DNA from: Psychrobacter sp. DM4
Lineage (GTDB): Bacteria; Pseudomonadota; Gammaproteobacteria; Pseudomonadales; Moraxellaceae
Length of the DNA: 32,000 bases
NCBI RefSeq assembly: GCF_051307035.1
Contig: NZ_CP195536.1
Location: forward strand, 1,140,001 to 1,172,000
Direction: 5' to 3'
Part shown: in pieces, positions 16,943 through 24,875 of the stretch
Layout: the number at the start of each line of letters is the position of its first letter
Position numbering within the stretch: position 1 is the first letter of the stretch
Notes under the pieces: generated by a model
Database searches by the model: none
What the model was told of the DNA's origin: nothing
What the model saw: only the letters and a program-made list of their open reading frames with translations
Translations under genes and position numbers: made by a program

Positions 16943-18487
16943 CTATGCCTTATCAGTTAATTGGTTTAAGTAATTTTGAACCCATTGAGTTGTAAATTTT
17001 GCCAGATCGAGCGCTGTACTTTGGGTAATATCAGTCTTTGGCCCGTCATGCGAGCTTTCATTACGGTAATCACATATTTGACTTAAAAATAGCAAGTCAG
17101 CATCTAAATCATCGGTAAGTAGCAATGGGTGATTAGAGTAATCAGCAATTGCTAGAATATTTGCCGTTATAATAGGCTTTAAAGAGCTATAGATAGTGGG
17201 GTATTTACCCGTTGAAAAACCTATAGCTGACTGTACCGCTCTAACATTACAAGTAGAGAAAGGTTCTAGACTCTCATCTAGAGCTCTGTTATTTGCTCGT
17301 AAAATTAGAGCTTGCAATAAGAATTTTTTATCTGAGGAGTAGGGCAGTATCTTATTATGTTGATGTGGGTAAGTGGTCAAAACATGTTTAAAGCAAGCTT
17401 CTAATGACTTTTGAGATTGCAATAATAAGTCATCGATATCTGCGCTATAGTTATGTTCTTCGAGATATTTTTGTCTGCGCAATAGTTTAGCGAGATGCAT
17501 ATCGAGATTATCAATCTCATTAACATTTGGATATGACGATAATATTTCAAAACGCATTTCTTCTTGTAAATGCGCCTCAAACTCTTCAATGCTTTGTTTG
17601 TCAGACTGATCAAGCCCCATAAATCGTTTAACTTTACTTGCAAAGGGTTTGTTACCCTGTGCTATGCTGTCATGTAAGTGGATAATCCAGTCATCAGATT
17701 GAGTAATATGTAATGGGTCTTGAAGCTGAGAGAAATGCTTTGTATCTATACTGTGCTGTAGATGAGTAAGGATAAAGTATGGTGTGGGTTGCTTGCTGGC
17801 AATATCAAAGTTACCAAGATTGATATTAGAAGTGGCAGTTTTTTTTGAGTCATTACTACGGTTACGTAATCTACCACTGGCTACGGCTCTTTTATATAGT
17901 TCAAGTGCTTGCCTAAACTCATTCTTAGTTGGTTTGGTAAAATGATATTTTTGAGAGGTATTTACGATAAAAGGTTCAATGTTTTGTCCTGTGTTTCGAT
18001 CCGCTTTGATAGTAACGCTATGGTCGTTCTTAACAACATCTAAGTAATTTAGCTTATGTGCGACAACACGAGGCCAAAGATGACCGTCAATAGCATCTTG
18101 AATAATATAACCCAGTTGTGTCTTATAAGAGGGCGTAGCTGTTTTATCTAGTGCCTGCCAGCCCAATGGTGTAAGATTTATAATGCCCTTGTCACTATTC
18201 ACGTAACCACGATTAAAAAGTTCATTTATGATAATATCAACAAGTTCAGCATCAATATTTAGCCATTGACTCATTTGCATGCGATCACGCTTGTTATACT
18301 TTAACAGCTCAAGAATGGTACGTTGAAAAAAGTTGAAGTTATCTTCTTTGTCCGCGATGGGGGTTATTACTTCCCACAGCCAGACTGGAAGAAATGCCAT
18401 GTTATGTCTATCATTGGTATTTAGATCCTTCATATCGCTATTGCTATAGAAAGATAGGTAATTATCAGAAAATTTGTCCATAATCAC
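16943..18487 (-). CDS. wHTH-like N-terminal domain protein with a C-terminal HEPN-type putative RNase domain
   Basis: The R-x4-H HEPN motif is present as ICDYRNESSHDG (R475-H480; nt 17048-17065) within a predicted helical C-terminal region. The N-terminal FQRTILELLKYNKRDRMQMSQWLNIDAELVDIIINELFNRGYV...LTPLG looks like a winged helix. The gene overlaps the helicase gene by 23 nt. Confidence 0.55.
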   Translation of the reverse strand: MIMDKFSDNYLSFYSNSDMKDLNTNDRHNMAFLPVWLWEVITPIADKEDNFNFFQRTILELLKYNKRDRMQMSQWLNIDAELVDIIINELFNRGYVNSDKGIINLTPLGWQALDKTATPSYKTQLGYIIQDAIDGHLWPRVVAHKLNYLDVVKNDHSVTIKADRNTGQNIEPFIVNTSQKYHFTKPTKNEFRQALELYKRAVASGRLRNRSNDSKKTATSNINLGNFDIASKQPTPYFILTHLQHSIDTKHFSQLQDPLHITQSDDWIIHLHDSIAQGNKPFASKVKRFMGLDQSDKQSIEEFEAHLQEEMRFEILSSYPNVNEIDNLDMHLAKLLRRQKYLEEHNYSADIDDLLLQSQKSLEACFKHVLTTYPHQHNKILPYSSDKKFLLQALILRANNRALDESLEPFSTCNVRAVQSAIGFSTGKYPTIYSSLKPIITANILAIADYSNHPLLLTDDLDADLLFLSQICDYRNESSHDGPKTDITQSTALDLAKFTTQWVQNYLNQLTDKA

Positions 18488-21400
18488 CTCGACATAGTTG
18501 GCTCATAGCTGTTAAAGATGGAATGTGTTGTTCTGTTAATGGATGCTCAGCTAACATTAAGTCACCTGCGATAATAATCAAACTTCTTTGTCGACTAAAA
18601 GCCACGTTAAGGCGATTATCTACACGCAAAAAGCCATAGAGCGAATTGAGTTGAGGTTCAGTCATCTCATAGCCCCTATTTTTTGTTACGGTTTTTAAGT
18701 CATTAGGTAGCGTGCGTACAAGTGACAATAACACCACATCAAACTCTTTACCTTGAAATGAATCTACTGTACCCACTCGCAAACGCTCATCACCTATATG
18801 ACTGCCTTTAGTCAGTTGTTGATAGTCAGGATGTACTTCGTTGTTTAGAATCAAATCAAGCTTTTGCATTTCTTGCATTAGAGCGCTTCTTTGATCTCCA
18901 TAAAAGGTGATCACACCGACACTTATTTCTGGATTTTCATCTAGAATGCGTTTTGTCTCTTGGGAAATCCAAATAGCTTCATTCATATTTCTTCTCTTAT
19001 TACCTTTTTGAGTACCTTCAATATGTTGCCAGTGACATACCATGCCTTCGTATCCAGATATGTCATGAATAAAGTCAGTAGTGGGTCTACCTGACTTAAG
19101 CTTAGATAGTCCGTGATTTTCGTAAAAATTTTTGCTAATAAAATCTCCAAGCACTGGATGCATACGGAATTGCTCATCAAGCATTACTACTCGTTTTGGT
19201 TGCCCGTCCTCTTTCTCTAGCTGGGTTAAGTTCTTTACCATTCTTTGAAATAAGCTGTCGCGTAGCATTTCGCTTTGCAAGCTGTCCCAGTCATCTTCTT
19301 CTACCATTTGGGTTTCCACGGCATCATCAAGCATATGCGGCAGTTGTCTATGATCTCCTACCAATACAATCCGTCTATTTGCCATAGCCATTGGTATCAT
19401 AAGATCTAATGGTGTGGCACGTGCAGCCTCATCCACAATGACATTTTCAAAGTTAATGTTGGAATCTTGGCTAAGTTGAGTTAAGCGTCTCATGTCTTGG
19501 CTGGCTGATTTTTGACAAGTGGCCGCATAGACAGAGGTATAGTGGGCGATTGTTTCGTCTACTTTGTTATCATCAGTAGCGACTGTTTCACGAAATTGCT
19601 TTAAAGCCAAAAGATACCCTAATGTATGCGACTCGCTAATTTTTTTAGTCATTTGAGTATCAAGTTCATCTAACCTATCGCAATCACTAGCAGTTAGTAT
19701 GCTTTGTATATTCAATGGTCTAAAGTCAGGTAAGCTCTTATCTAATAACGTATCTTTCAGTTGCTGTAATGGTATTAGATCAGCGTCTGAAGGAGGGGAG
19801 ATTTGCATATGACCAAAGTTATCTAATATTTGAAGTTTATCTTCTGATATGAGCTGAGTGTCTGGATTATCATTTTGTAATAATGTTAAGTAGGCGCTTA
19901 ACTCCGCGCAACGTTGGATTCCATCATCGGCAAAACTTGAAGCAGAGGTTCGAAGTGCCCAAATATTAGGTATACAGTTTTGTAATAATGAAGGAGAAAA
20001 GTAAGACTGCTCTAACGTAAAGCCTTCCCACCATAAGCGCCAATCATGAGACGGTACAATATGATAATACGTATTAAAGTCTGTCAAGATTCGGTTGATC
20101 TCTATTTTACTGCGCTCTTTTATATCTCTAGCACCCAAACGCAAGTTTAGGGTTGCATGCTTTAATGAATCGAGTAACGTTAATGCATAACAATCGTCTA
20201 TTTCTTGAGTTAAAACATCCTTTGTAGAGTTACGCCATTTTTGGATGGGCAGATTAACGTCTTTTTGTCCTATGTTGTCTTGATACTTGCTACCAACACG
20301 TAGACCAGGTAAGCCTAATACCTGTGTTCGGCTGTTGGCATTATCAACTGCATCATGTTGATAGCTCGTTAACAGGATGGAACGTTGAACAGGCGTGTTA
20401 TCCTTTGCTTTTTCTTCTACGATTCGCTGTTGAATAGCGGCGATGACTTGTGTCTTTCCTGTACCGGGCGGTCCGATAATAACAGTAATATCAGCACTGT
20501 TTAAAGCCGTTTCAATGGCTTGTTGCTGTCTACGAGTAGTCGGGCCCGCTTTGAATAGAGCTTTTACCTGTGGACTATGCCATCTTAATTTGCGAGACTG
20601 TTTGATAGTGGGTACAGCAATACCTTGCATTAAATAGTCTAAACTTGGCATTGGATTATGATGATGACTAATTTGCTCTAAGGCTAGAACCTGACGTTGG
20701 CGTTGAACCTGAGTTGAATAAATTGATAAAAATAGAAAGCTATTACCGTGTTTATCGGTAGGTTTTTTTTTCTCACGAAATCCTGTGTATTTAACAGTCA
20801 AGTATCCTGCATCACTGTCAATATCAACAATTTCACATTTCCAAGGTTCTTCTAGAGCTTTCTTGTGGTCAGTTTTACTGCTATTCTCAGGGCTGCTGTT
20901 ACTTAGCCAATCTGGCAATGTTGATGCTATTTGGAATACCTGTTCTTCTTTCTCATTATTCTGAATACTCACCTGTAATGCTTCGGCAAATTTCTTTAAT
21001 TGCTCTTTGTTTACACTAAGACGAGACAAATTTTGTTGCTCTAGAATTTTGTCATCTAGTATCTTTAAATAGTTAAATTTTTGCGCATTTATGGCAACTT
21101 TTTGCCATTGTAGATCACTATATTTTTGCCATACTTTGATATAGTTACCATGGGTGTTTTTACTATCTTTGAGCGCAGTTTTATAATGAGGCTGATTGAG
21201 CTTTTGCGCCTGAGAGTTATCAAAGAAAACAATATTACCCTGTATCGCGCTTAATTCAATATTATCACTATGTGGATTAAATGGTCTGATTCTTTGTATA
21301 TTCCATTGGTTATTTGATACTTTAATATCAAGGATATGTGCTTTACCTACTAGGCTTAAAGTATCATCAGTGGAATTTTGATTTAGGAAGGTTATAAATA

Positions 21401-21869
21401 GTGCTGTAGTATAAGAATGAGAAGTATCTATAAATGATACATTCTCAGTGATTAGAAAGTTCTCTTCTAACCATACTATAGCTAAATTGACGTCATTATC
21501 TCCAATATGTCTTTGGTTTTTAAGTTGCTCAACGATGTATTCGCTGACACCAAGATTAAAGTCTTCCCCGTCTACTCGAACTATTTCATCTTTAAGGGGT
21601 GTTGCCATTAGCCAAAGTGCATCGGCCTCTTGTTTGACTAATGACCACAATAGATTGTGCTGTTGAATATATAGTCTGGCATGAACAGCTGTCTTATCAG
21701 CAGACTGTATATTCTCTAGGGTAGTTACAGTGCTATCTTGAGCTAAGTATAGAGATTCGCCTTCTATCCATACGTTTACTGGTTTTTCCTCTATCAATCT
21801 GACACTATCATCAATGAGGGTTACTTCAAACAACTCACTGGAGTTGATTCTAAGTTCAAATAAGTTCAT
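18465..21869 (-). CDS. Superfamily 1B helicase, Upf1/DNA2-like (AAA_11/AAA_12 type), with a ~450-aa uncharacterised N-terminal region
   Basis: - **Motif I:** IIGPPGTGKTQV (nt 20451-20474 encode GPPGTGKT).
- **Motif II:** VIVDEAARATP.
- **Motif III:** VLVGDHRQLPH.
- **Motif IV:** LDEQFRMHPVLGDFISKNFY.
- **Motif V:** VGTVDSFQGKEFDVVLLSLVR.
- **Motif VI:** NRLNVAFSRQRSLIIIAGD. Confidence 0.85.
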   Translation of the reverse strand: MNLFELRINSSELFEVTLIDDSVRLIEEKPVNVWIEGESLYLAQDSTVTTLENIQSADKTAVHARLYIQQHNLLWSLVKQEADALWLMATPLKDEIVRVDGEDFNLGVSEYIVEQLKNQRHIGDNDVNLAIVWLEENFLITENVSFIDTSHSYTTALFITFLNQNSTDDTLSLVGKAHILDIKVSNNQWNIQRIRPFNPHSDNIELSAIQGNIVFFDNSQAQKLNQPHYKTALKDSKNTHGNYIKVWQKYSDLQWQKVAINAQKFNYLKILDDKILEQQNLSRLSVNKEQLKKFAEALQVSIQNNEKEEQVFQIASTLPDWLSNSSPENSSKTDHKKALEEPWKCEIVDIDSDAGYLTVKYTGFREKKKPTDKHGNSFLFLSIYSTQVQRQRQVLALEQISHHHNPMPSLDYLMQGIAVPTIKQSRKLRWHSPQVKALFKAGPTTRRQQQAIETALNSADITVIIGPPGTGKTQVIAAIQQRIVEEKAKDNTPVQRSILLTSYQHDAVDNANSRTQVLGLPGLRVGSKYQDNIGQKDVNLPIQKWRNSTKDVLTQEIDDCYALTLLDSLKHATLNLRLGARDIKERSKIEINRILTDFNTYYHIVPSHDWRLWWEGFTLEQSYFSPSLLQNCIPNIWALRTSASSFADDGIQRCAELSAYLTLLQNDNPDTQLISEDKLQILDNFGHMQISPPSDADLIPLQQLKDTLLDKSLPDFRPLNIQSILTASDCDRLDELDTQMTKKISESHTLGYLLALKQFRETVATDDNKVDETIAHYTSVYAATCQKSASQDMRRLTQLSQDSNINFENVIVDEAARATPLDLMIPMAMANRRIVLVGDHRQLPHMLDDAVETQMVEEDDWDSLQSEMLRDSLFQRMVKNLTQLEKEDGQPKRVVMLDEQFRMHPVLGDFISKNFYENHGLSKLKSGRPTTDFIHDISGYEGMVCHWQHIEGTQKGNKRRNMNEAIWISQETKRILDENPEISVGVITFYGDQRSALMQEMQKLDLILNNEVHPDYQQLTKGSHIGDERLRVGTVDSFQGKEFDVVLLSLVRTLPNDLKTVTKNRGYEMTEPQLNSLYGFLRVDNRLNVAFSRQRSLIIIAGDLMLAEHPLTEQHIPSLTAMSQLCRGDYGQIF

Positions 21870-21875
21870 TTATAT

Positions 21876-23321
21876 CTACCAGATAAAACGCCAAAAAAAG
21901 TATGAAGTATTGTCAGTACTGCTAGAGGAAGATGATATTTTTAGTGTATAAAAATCATTTCGTTTAATTGCTATTTTTAGTAAACGAGTCTTTTTAATAT
22001 CTACTGTTTTATTATCTTTTAGCCTGATAATTGTAATAGTTTCATTATTTTTTGGTGTTATATGAAGGCCGTCATCAGTGAGCTTAAGTTCACACCAAGG
22101 TGATAGTTTTGTTAAGTCAAAGCGGCTGTAAGGTTCGGTATACAGATATTTGTCATAATTCAAGCTAATGATTGAAGTATTATGACAGTCTATATCTTGA
22201 CTACTAGTATCGTCTATTTGTTCAGTCGTATAAAAGAACTGTGATATGGATAAGGAGTATGGTTCGTTAGACTCACCACAAAAAAAGCATTGCCTATCAT
22301 TATTAGCGACAAAACTACTCTGAAAATGCTCACCTTGACAGGGCTGATGTTGACAGTACATTAGTATCTGAAGCGTTTTATTTAGTTCGTGGTGCCATTC
22401 ATTCATACTAGGCCTAAGGTATAGGCCACTACGTAGTCTACTATCAGCAAAACAACGTTTAAACAGTTCAAATAGGTCATCATTAATTAATTCATTCAGT
22501 GGCATACCTGCGCCATTGTGCTCATTACTATCATCTTCTGGATCAAATATCCAAGCGTAAGCTCCTTGTTCAACTTGCTCATCGACCACATCGGAATCTT
22601 CATCATCATAAGCATCTTCCACACCGATACCTTCATTATATGGATGATTATGAGCAAGTAGTTGCTGTGCTATGACAGCAAAAGCCCAACAGTCTGTCCA
22701 AGAACTGTTTTCTGACTCATTTCTTAGGACTTCTGGAGCGCCATAGCCAGGCGTGTAGTAAGAAGCAGCGTGCGAACTTTCCTGCGTTTTGATATTGTCA
22801 GCATCTATCAGCCACACCTCATTATGATCATAAGATGTAGACACATAGATATTGTCTGGTGATAAGTCGCCATAACACAAGCCTTTGCCATGAAGCTGGG
22901 CTAACGTTTGGGCTAGTTGTATTAATAATTTTATCCGTCTGGCTAATCCACCAGTGTCACGATAAGCGTCTGCCATGCTAACGTTGATAGAACTATCTTG
23001 AATACGCTTTATTTGCTGAGTAAGCGATTCGAGGTTATCCATTAACTCCATGACATAGCCGACACGATTTTTTAATTTAAGTACGGCTATAGGTAGAGCG
23101 ATATTTAAATCTCGTATGGGCCTACGTACCACCCATTGTATTTTTGCAAATTCTTGATGTCTTTTGACGTCACTATCTATAGGGTTGGTTATTTTTACAA
23201 TCAGATTATGATGATTGGTAGTGAATACTTGACCTTGCCCGCCTTGCCCAAGTTTGCTTGTTAATTCGTAGACGGTGCCATGAGTATCTTTAACTTCCTT
23301 ATTCTTTTGTGCTACTGCCAT
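21876..23321 (-). CDS. Ser/Thr protein kinase (Hanks-type) with a C-terminal zinc ribbon and an extra C-terminal domain (TerY-P kinase component)
   Basis: - **Gly-loop:** LGQGGQGQVF (nt 23226-23249).
- **Lysine strand:** LIVKI.
- **Catalytic loop:** YGDLSPDN (nt 22851-22868 encode DLSPDN).
- **DFG-equivalent:** LIDADN.
- **APE-like:** GYGAPE.
- **Zinc ribbon:** CQHQPC-x16-CFFC.
- **C-terminal region:** ~140 aa, beta-rich and of unknown function. Confidence 0.85.
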   Translation of the reverse strand: MAVAQKNKEVKDTHGTVYELTSKLGQGGQGQVFTTNHHNLIVKITNPIDSDVKRHQEFAKIQWVVRRPIRDLNIALPIAVLKLKNRVGYVMELMDNLESLTQQIKRIQDSSINVSMADAYRDTGGLARRIKLLIQLAQTLAQLHGKGLCYGDLSPDNIYVSTSYDHNEVWLIDADNIKTQESSHAASYYTPGYGAPEVLRNESENSSWTDCWAFAVIAQQLLAHNHPYNEGIGVEDAYDDEDSDVVDEQVEQGAYAWIFDPEDDSNEHNGAGMPLNELINDDLFELFKRCFADSRLRSGLYLRPSMNEWHHELNKTLQILMYCQHQPCQGEHFQSSFVANNDRQCFFCGESNEPYSLSISQFFYTTEQIDDTSSQDIDCHNTSIISLNYDKYLYTEPYSRFDLTKLSPWCELKLTDDGLHITPKNNETITIIRLKDNKTVDIKKTRLLKIAIKRNDFYTLKISSSSSSTDNTSYFFWRFIW

Positions 23322-24027
23322 GTTGTTTTTTCCAAATAATTACCCCAATACTTTTATCATCACTATGATGAGGGGTTTGCCAATTATTGAGCTCATTAAT
23401 TAGGTATTTCTTACCTTGACGAGGGCTAATAGCTATGAATTTACCAGACAGAAAATCTAAAAATTGTTGAGGCTTATCTATATCATCACTAATTCCATCT
23501 GTCATTAATGTAATTGTGGCACCAAAATCTAATTGAATTTCTCGGTAAGTCCAATCTTGCCAACGTATTGAATATCCTAAAGCAGTTGTTTCATTACCAA
23601 ACATATTGTCAGATTTTTCATGATTAACGCCGAAAGTATCTGTCATATAGTAAATAGCACCGTCACCTAGCTGAAAAAGCCTTACTTTCCCTGAGGAGTC
23701 TCCCCAAGCAAACAGGCATGTTGTGGCGGCATCTTTAGGAGAGGTACGAGGAAGATAATCTTTCAAGTACATTAGCCATTGCTGGTATATTCTTTTTACT
23801 ACACTTTTTTCAGGCTCATTAAAATTGGTCTCACGTAAGGTAGTACACACTGCTTTACACGCAAGATATGAGCCAAGGGAGGCATAAGGACGAGAACCCA
23901 TACCATCACAAACGACTACTAACCAATGAGCACGCCAAACACGCTTCAAAATAGCATCTTGATTACGTTTAGATTCACGATGGTTTTTTGGCCCTCGAAC
24001 AGTAGCTATAGATATATTTACATTCAC
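23299..24027 (-). CDS. PP2C-family Ser/Thr protein phosphatase (TerY-P phosphatase component)
   Basis: PP2C metal-binding blocks are present: RNQDA, VVVCDGMGS, LMTDGISD and DDKSIGVI. A GTG start overlaps the vWA stop by 1 nt (TAGTG). The 3' end overlaps the kinase start by 23 nt. Confidence 0.8.
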   Translation of the reverse strand: MNVNISIATVRGPKNHRESKRNQDAILKRVWRAHWLVVVCDGMGSRPYASLGSYLACKAVCTTLRETNFNEPEKSVVKRIYQQWLMYLKDYLPRTSPKDAATTCLFAWGDSSGKVRLFQLGDGAIYYMTDTFGVNHEKSDNMFGNETTALGYSIRWQDWTYREIQLDFGATITLMTDGISDDIDKPQQFLDFLSGKFIAISPRQGKKYLINELNNWQTPHHSDDKSIGVIIWKKQHGSSTKE

Positions 24028-24710
24028 TAGTCGAAATCACTTAGGTCAAGCTCATCGTCTGTGGATATATCATTAAAATCTATCTTATTAATTTGATTTG
24101 GCTTTGTGCTACGAGATCGTAAAGTGACGCTCATGCTAACTGCTCTAAAAAATCTAGAAATGTCTTTAGCATCATGTGCTTTGAACACCGGCGTTTCAAG
24201 GTCATTAATAAATTGTTTTAACATATGTATATTAGCATCTGCTCCAATACCCATTGCCATTCTTACGGCTTTGCTGGCACGTTCAGATTCTTGTAATTCG
24301 ACAAAGGGTTGTTCCCAATTATCTGTAGGGTTGCCATCAGACACCAACACTAGAGTAGGCTTGTATGCTCGACTTGGTATGAGCTCTTTGTCTTCTAACA
24401 ATTCTTTTGCCATTGTCATTGCACTACCCATGGGAGTACCGCCACTTGCTACTAAGTCTTGCATACCTGATATTTCATCAGCTGAAGTTAGAGGTAATAT
24501 CATCGAAGCATTCTCCCCCCCAAATGCGATGATAGCGACTTGGATAACTGCATTGAGATGGCTTTCTTTGCCAAACGATATCAGCATGTCTTTAAGTGCT
24601 AAATTCAGAGCTTCCATTTTTCCATCTATACTCATACTACCGCTAGTATCTGCCAAAATAATAACTGGTAGAGGACGTGGCTTAGCAGCTGCGAATTCGC
24701 GCATTGCCAT
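24027..24710 (-). CDS. TerY-like von Willebrand factor A (vWA) domain protein
   Basis: The MIDAS motif DTSGS is at nt 24636-24650. Downstream are GGTPMG and LVSDGNPTD. The size (227 aa) and layout are typical of TerY-type vWA proteins. This is the first gene of the operon. Confidence 0.85.
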   Translation of the reverse strand: MAMREFAAAKPRPLPVIILADTSGSMSIDGKMEALNLALKDMLISFGKESHLNAVIQVAIIAFGGENASMILPLTSADEISGMQDLVASGGTPMGSAMTMAKELLEDKELIPSRAYKPTLVLVSDGNPTDNWEQPFVELQESERASKAVRMAMGIGADANIHMLKQFINDLETPVFKAHDAKDISRFFRAVSMSVTLRSRSTKPNQINKIDFNDISTDDELDLSDFD

Positions 24711-24875
24711 AATTATTTCCTTACATTAGACGAGATTTATTGCACTATCCTACTGTCTAATCTTACAGAGGTAAAGCAGTTTATTAAGACTTTCTCGAGC
24801 AAATATTTTTAAATGTTATTGTCAACTTGCACATAAACTAGAATGGTTTTAGCTATGAAAAGTAACGAGCCAGCA

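Noticed and set aside
24106-24729. A 207-aa plus-strand ORF covering almost the whole vWA gene.
   Set aside because: It is exactly antisense to a gene with clear MIDAS/vWA motifs. Its product is a low-complexity Leu/Ser/Ala-rich sequence with no motif and no ribosome-binding site. This is a typical shadow ORF.
24797-24825. A perfect minus-strand TTGACA (complement of 24820-24825), considered as the -35 element of the operon promoter.
   Set aside because: The hexamers 16-18 bp downstream (TTGCTC and TGCTCG) are not -10-like. I could not define a convincing sigma-70 promoter by eye, so none is annotated.
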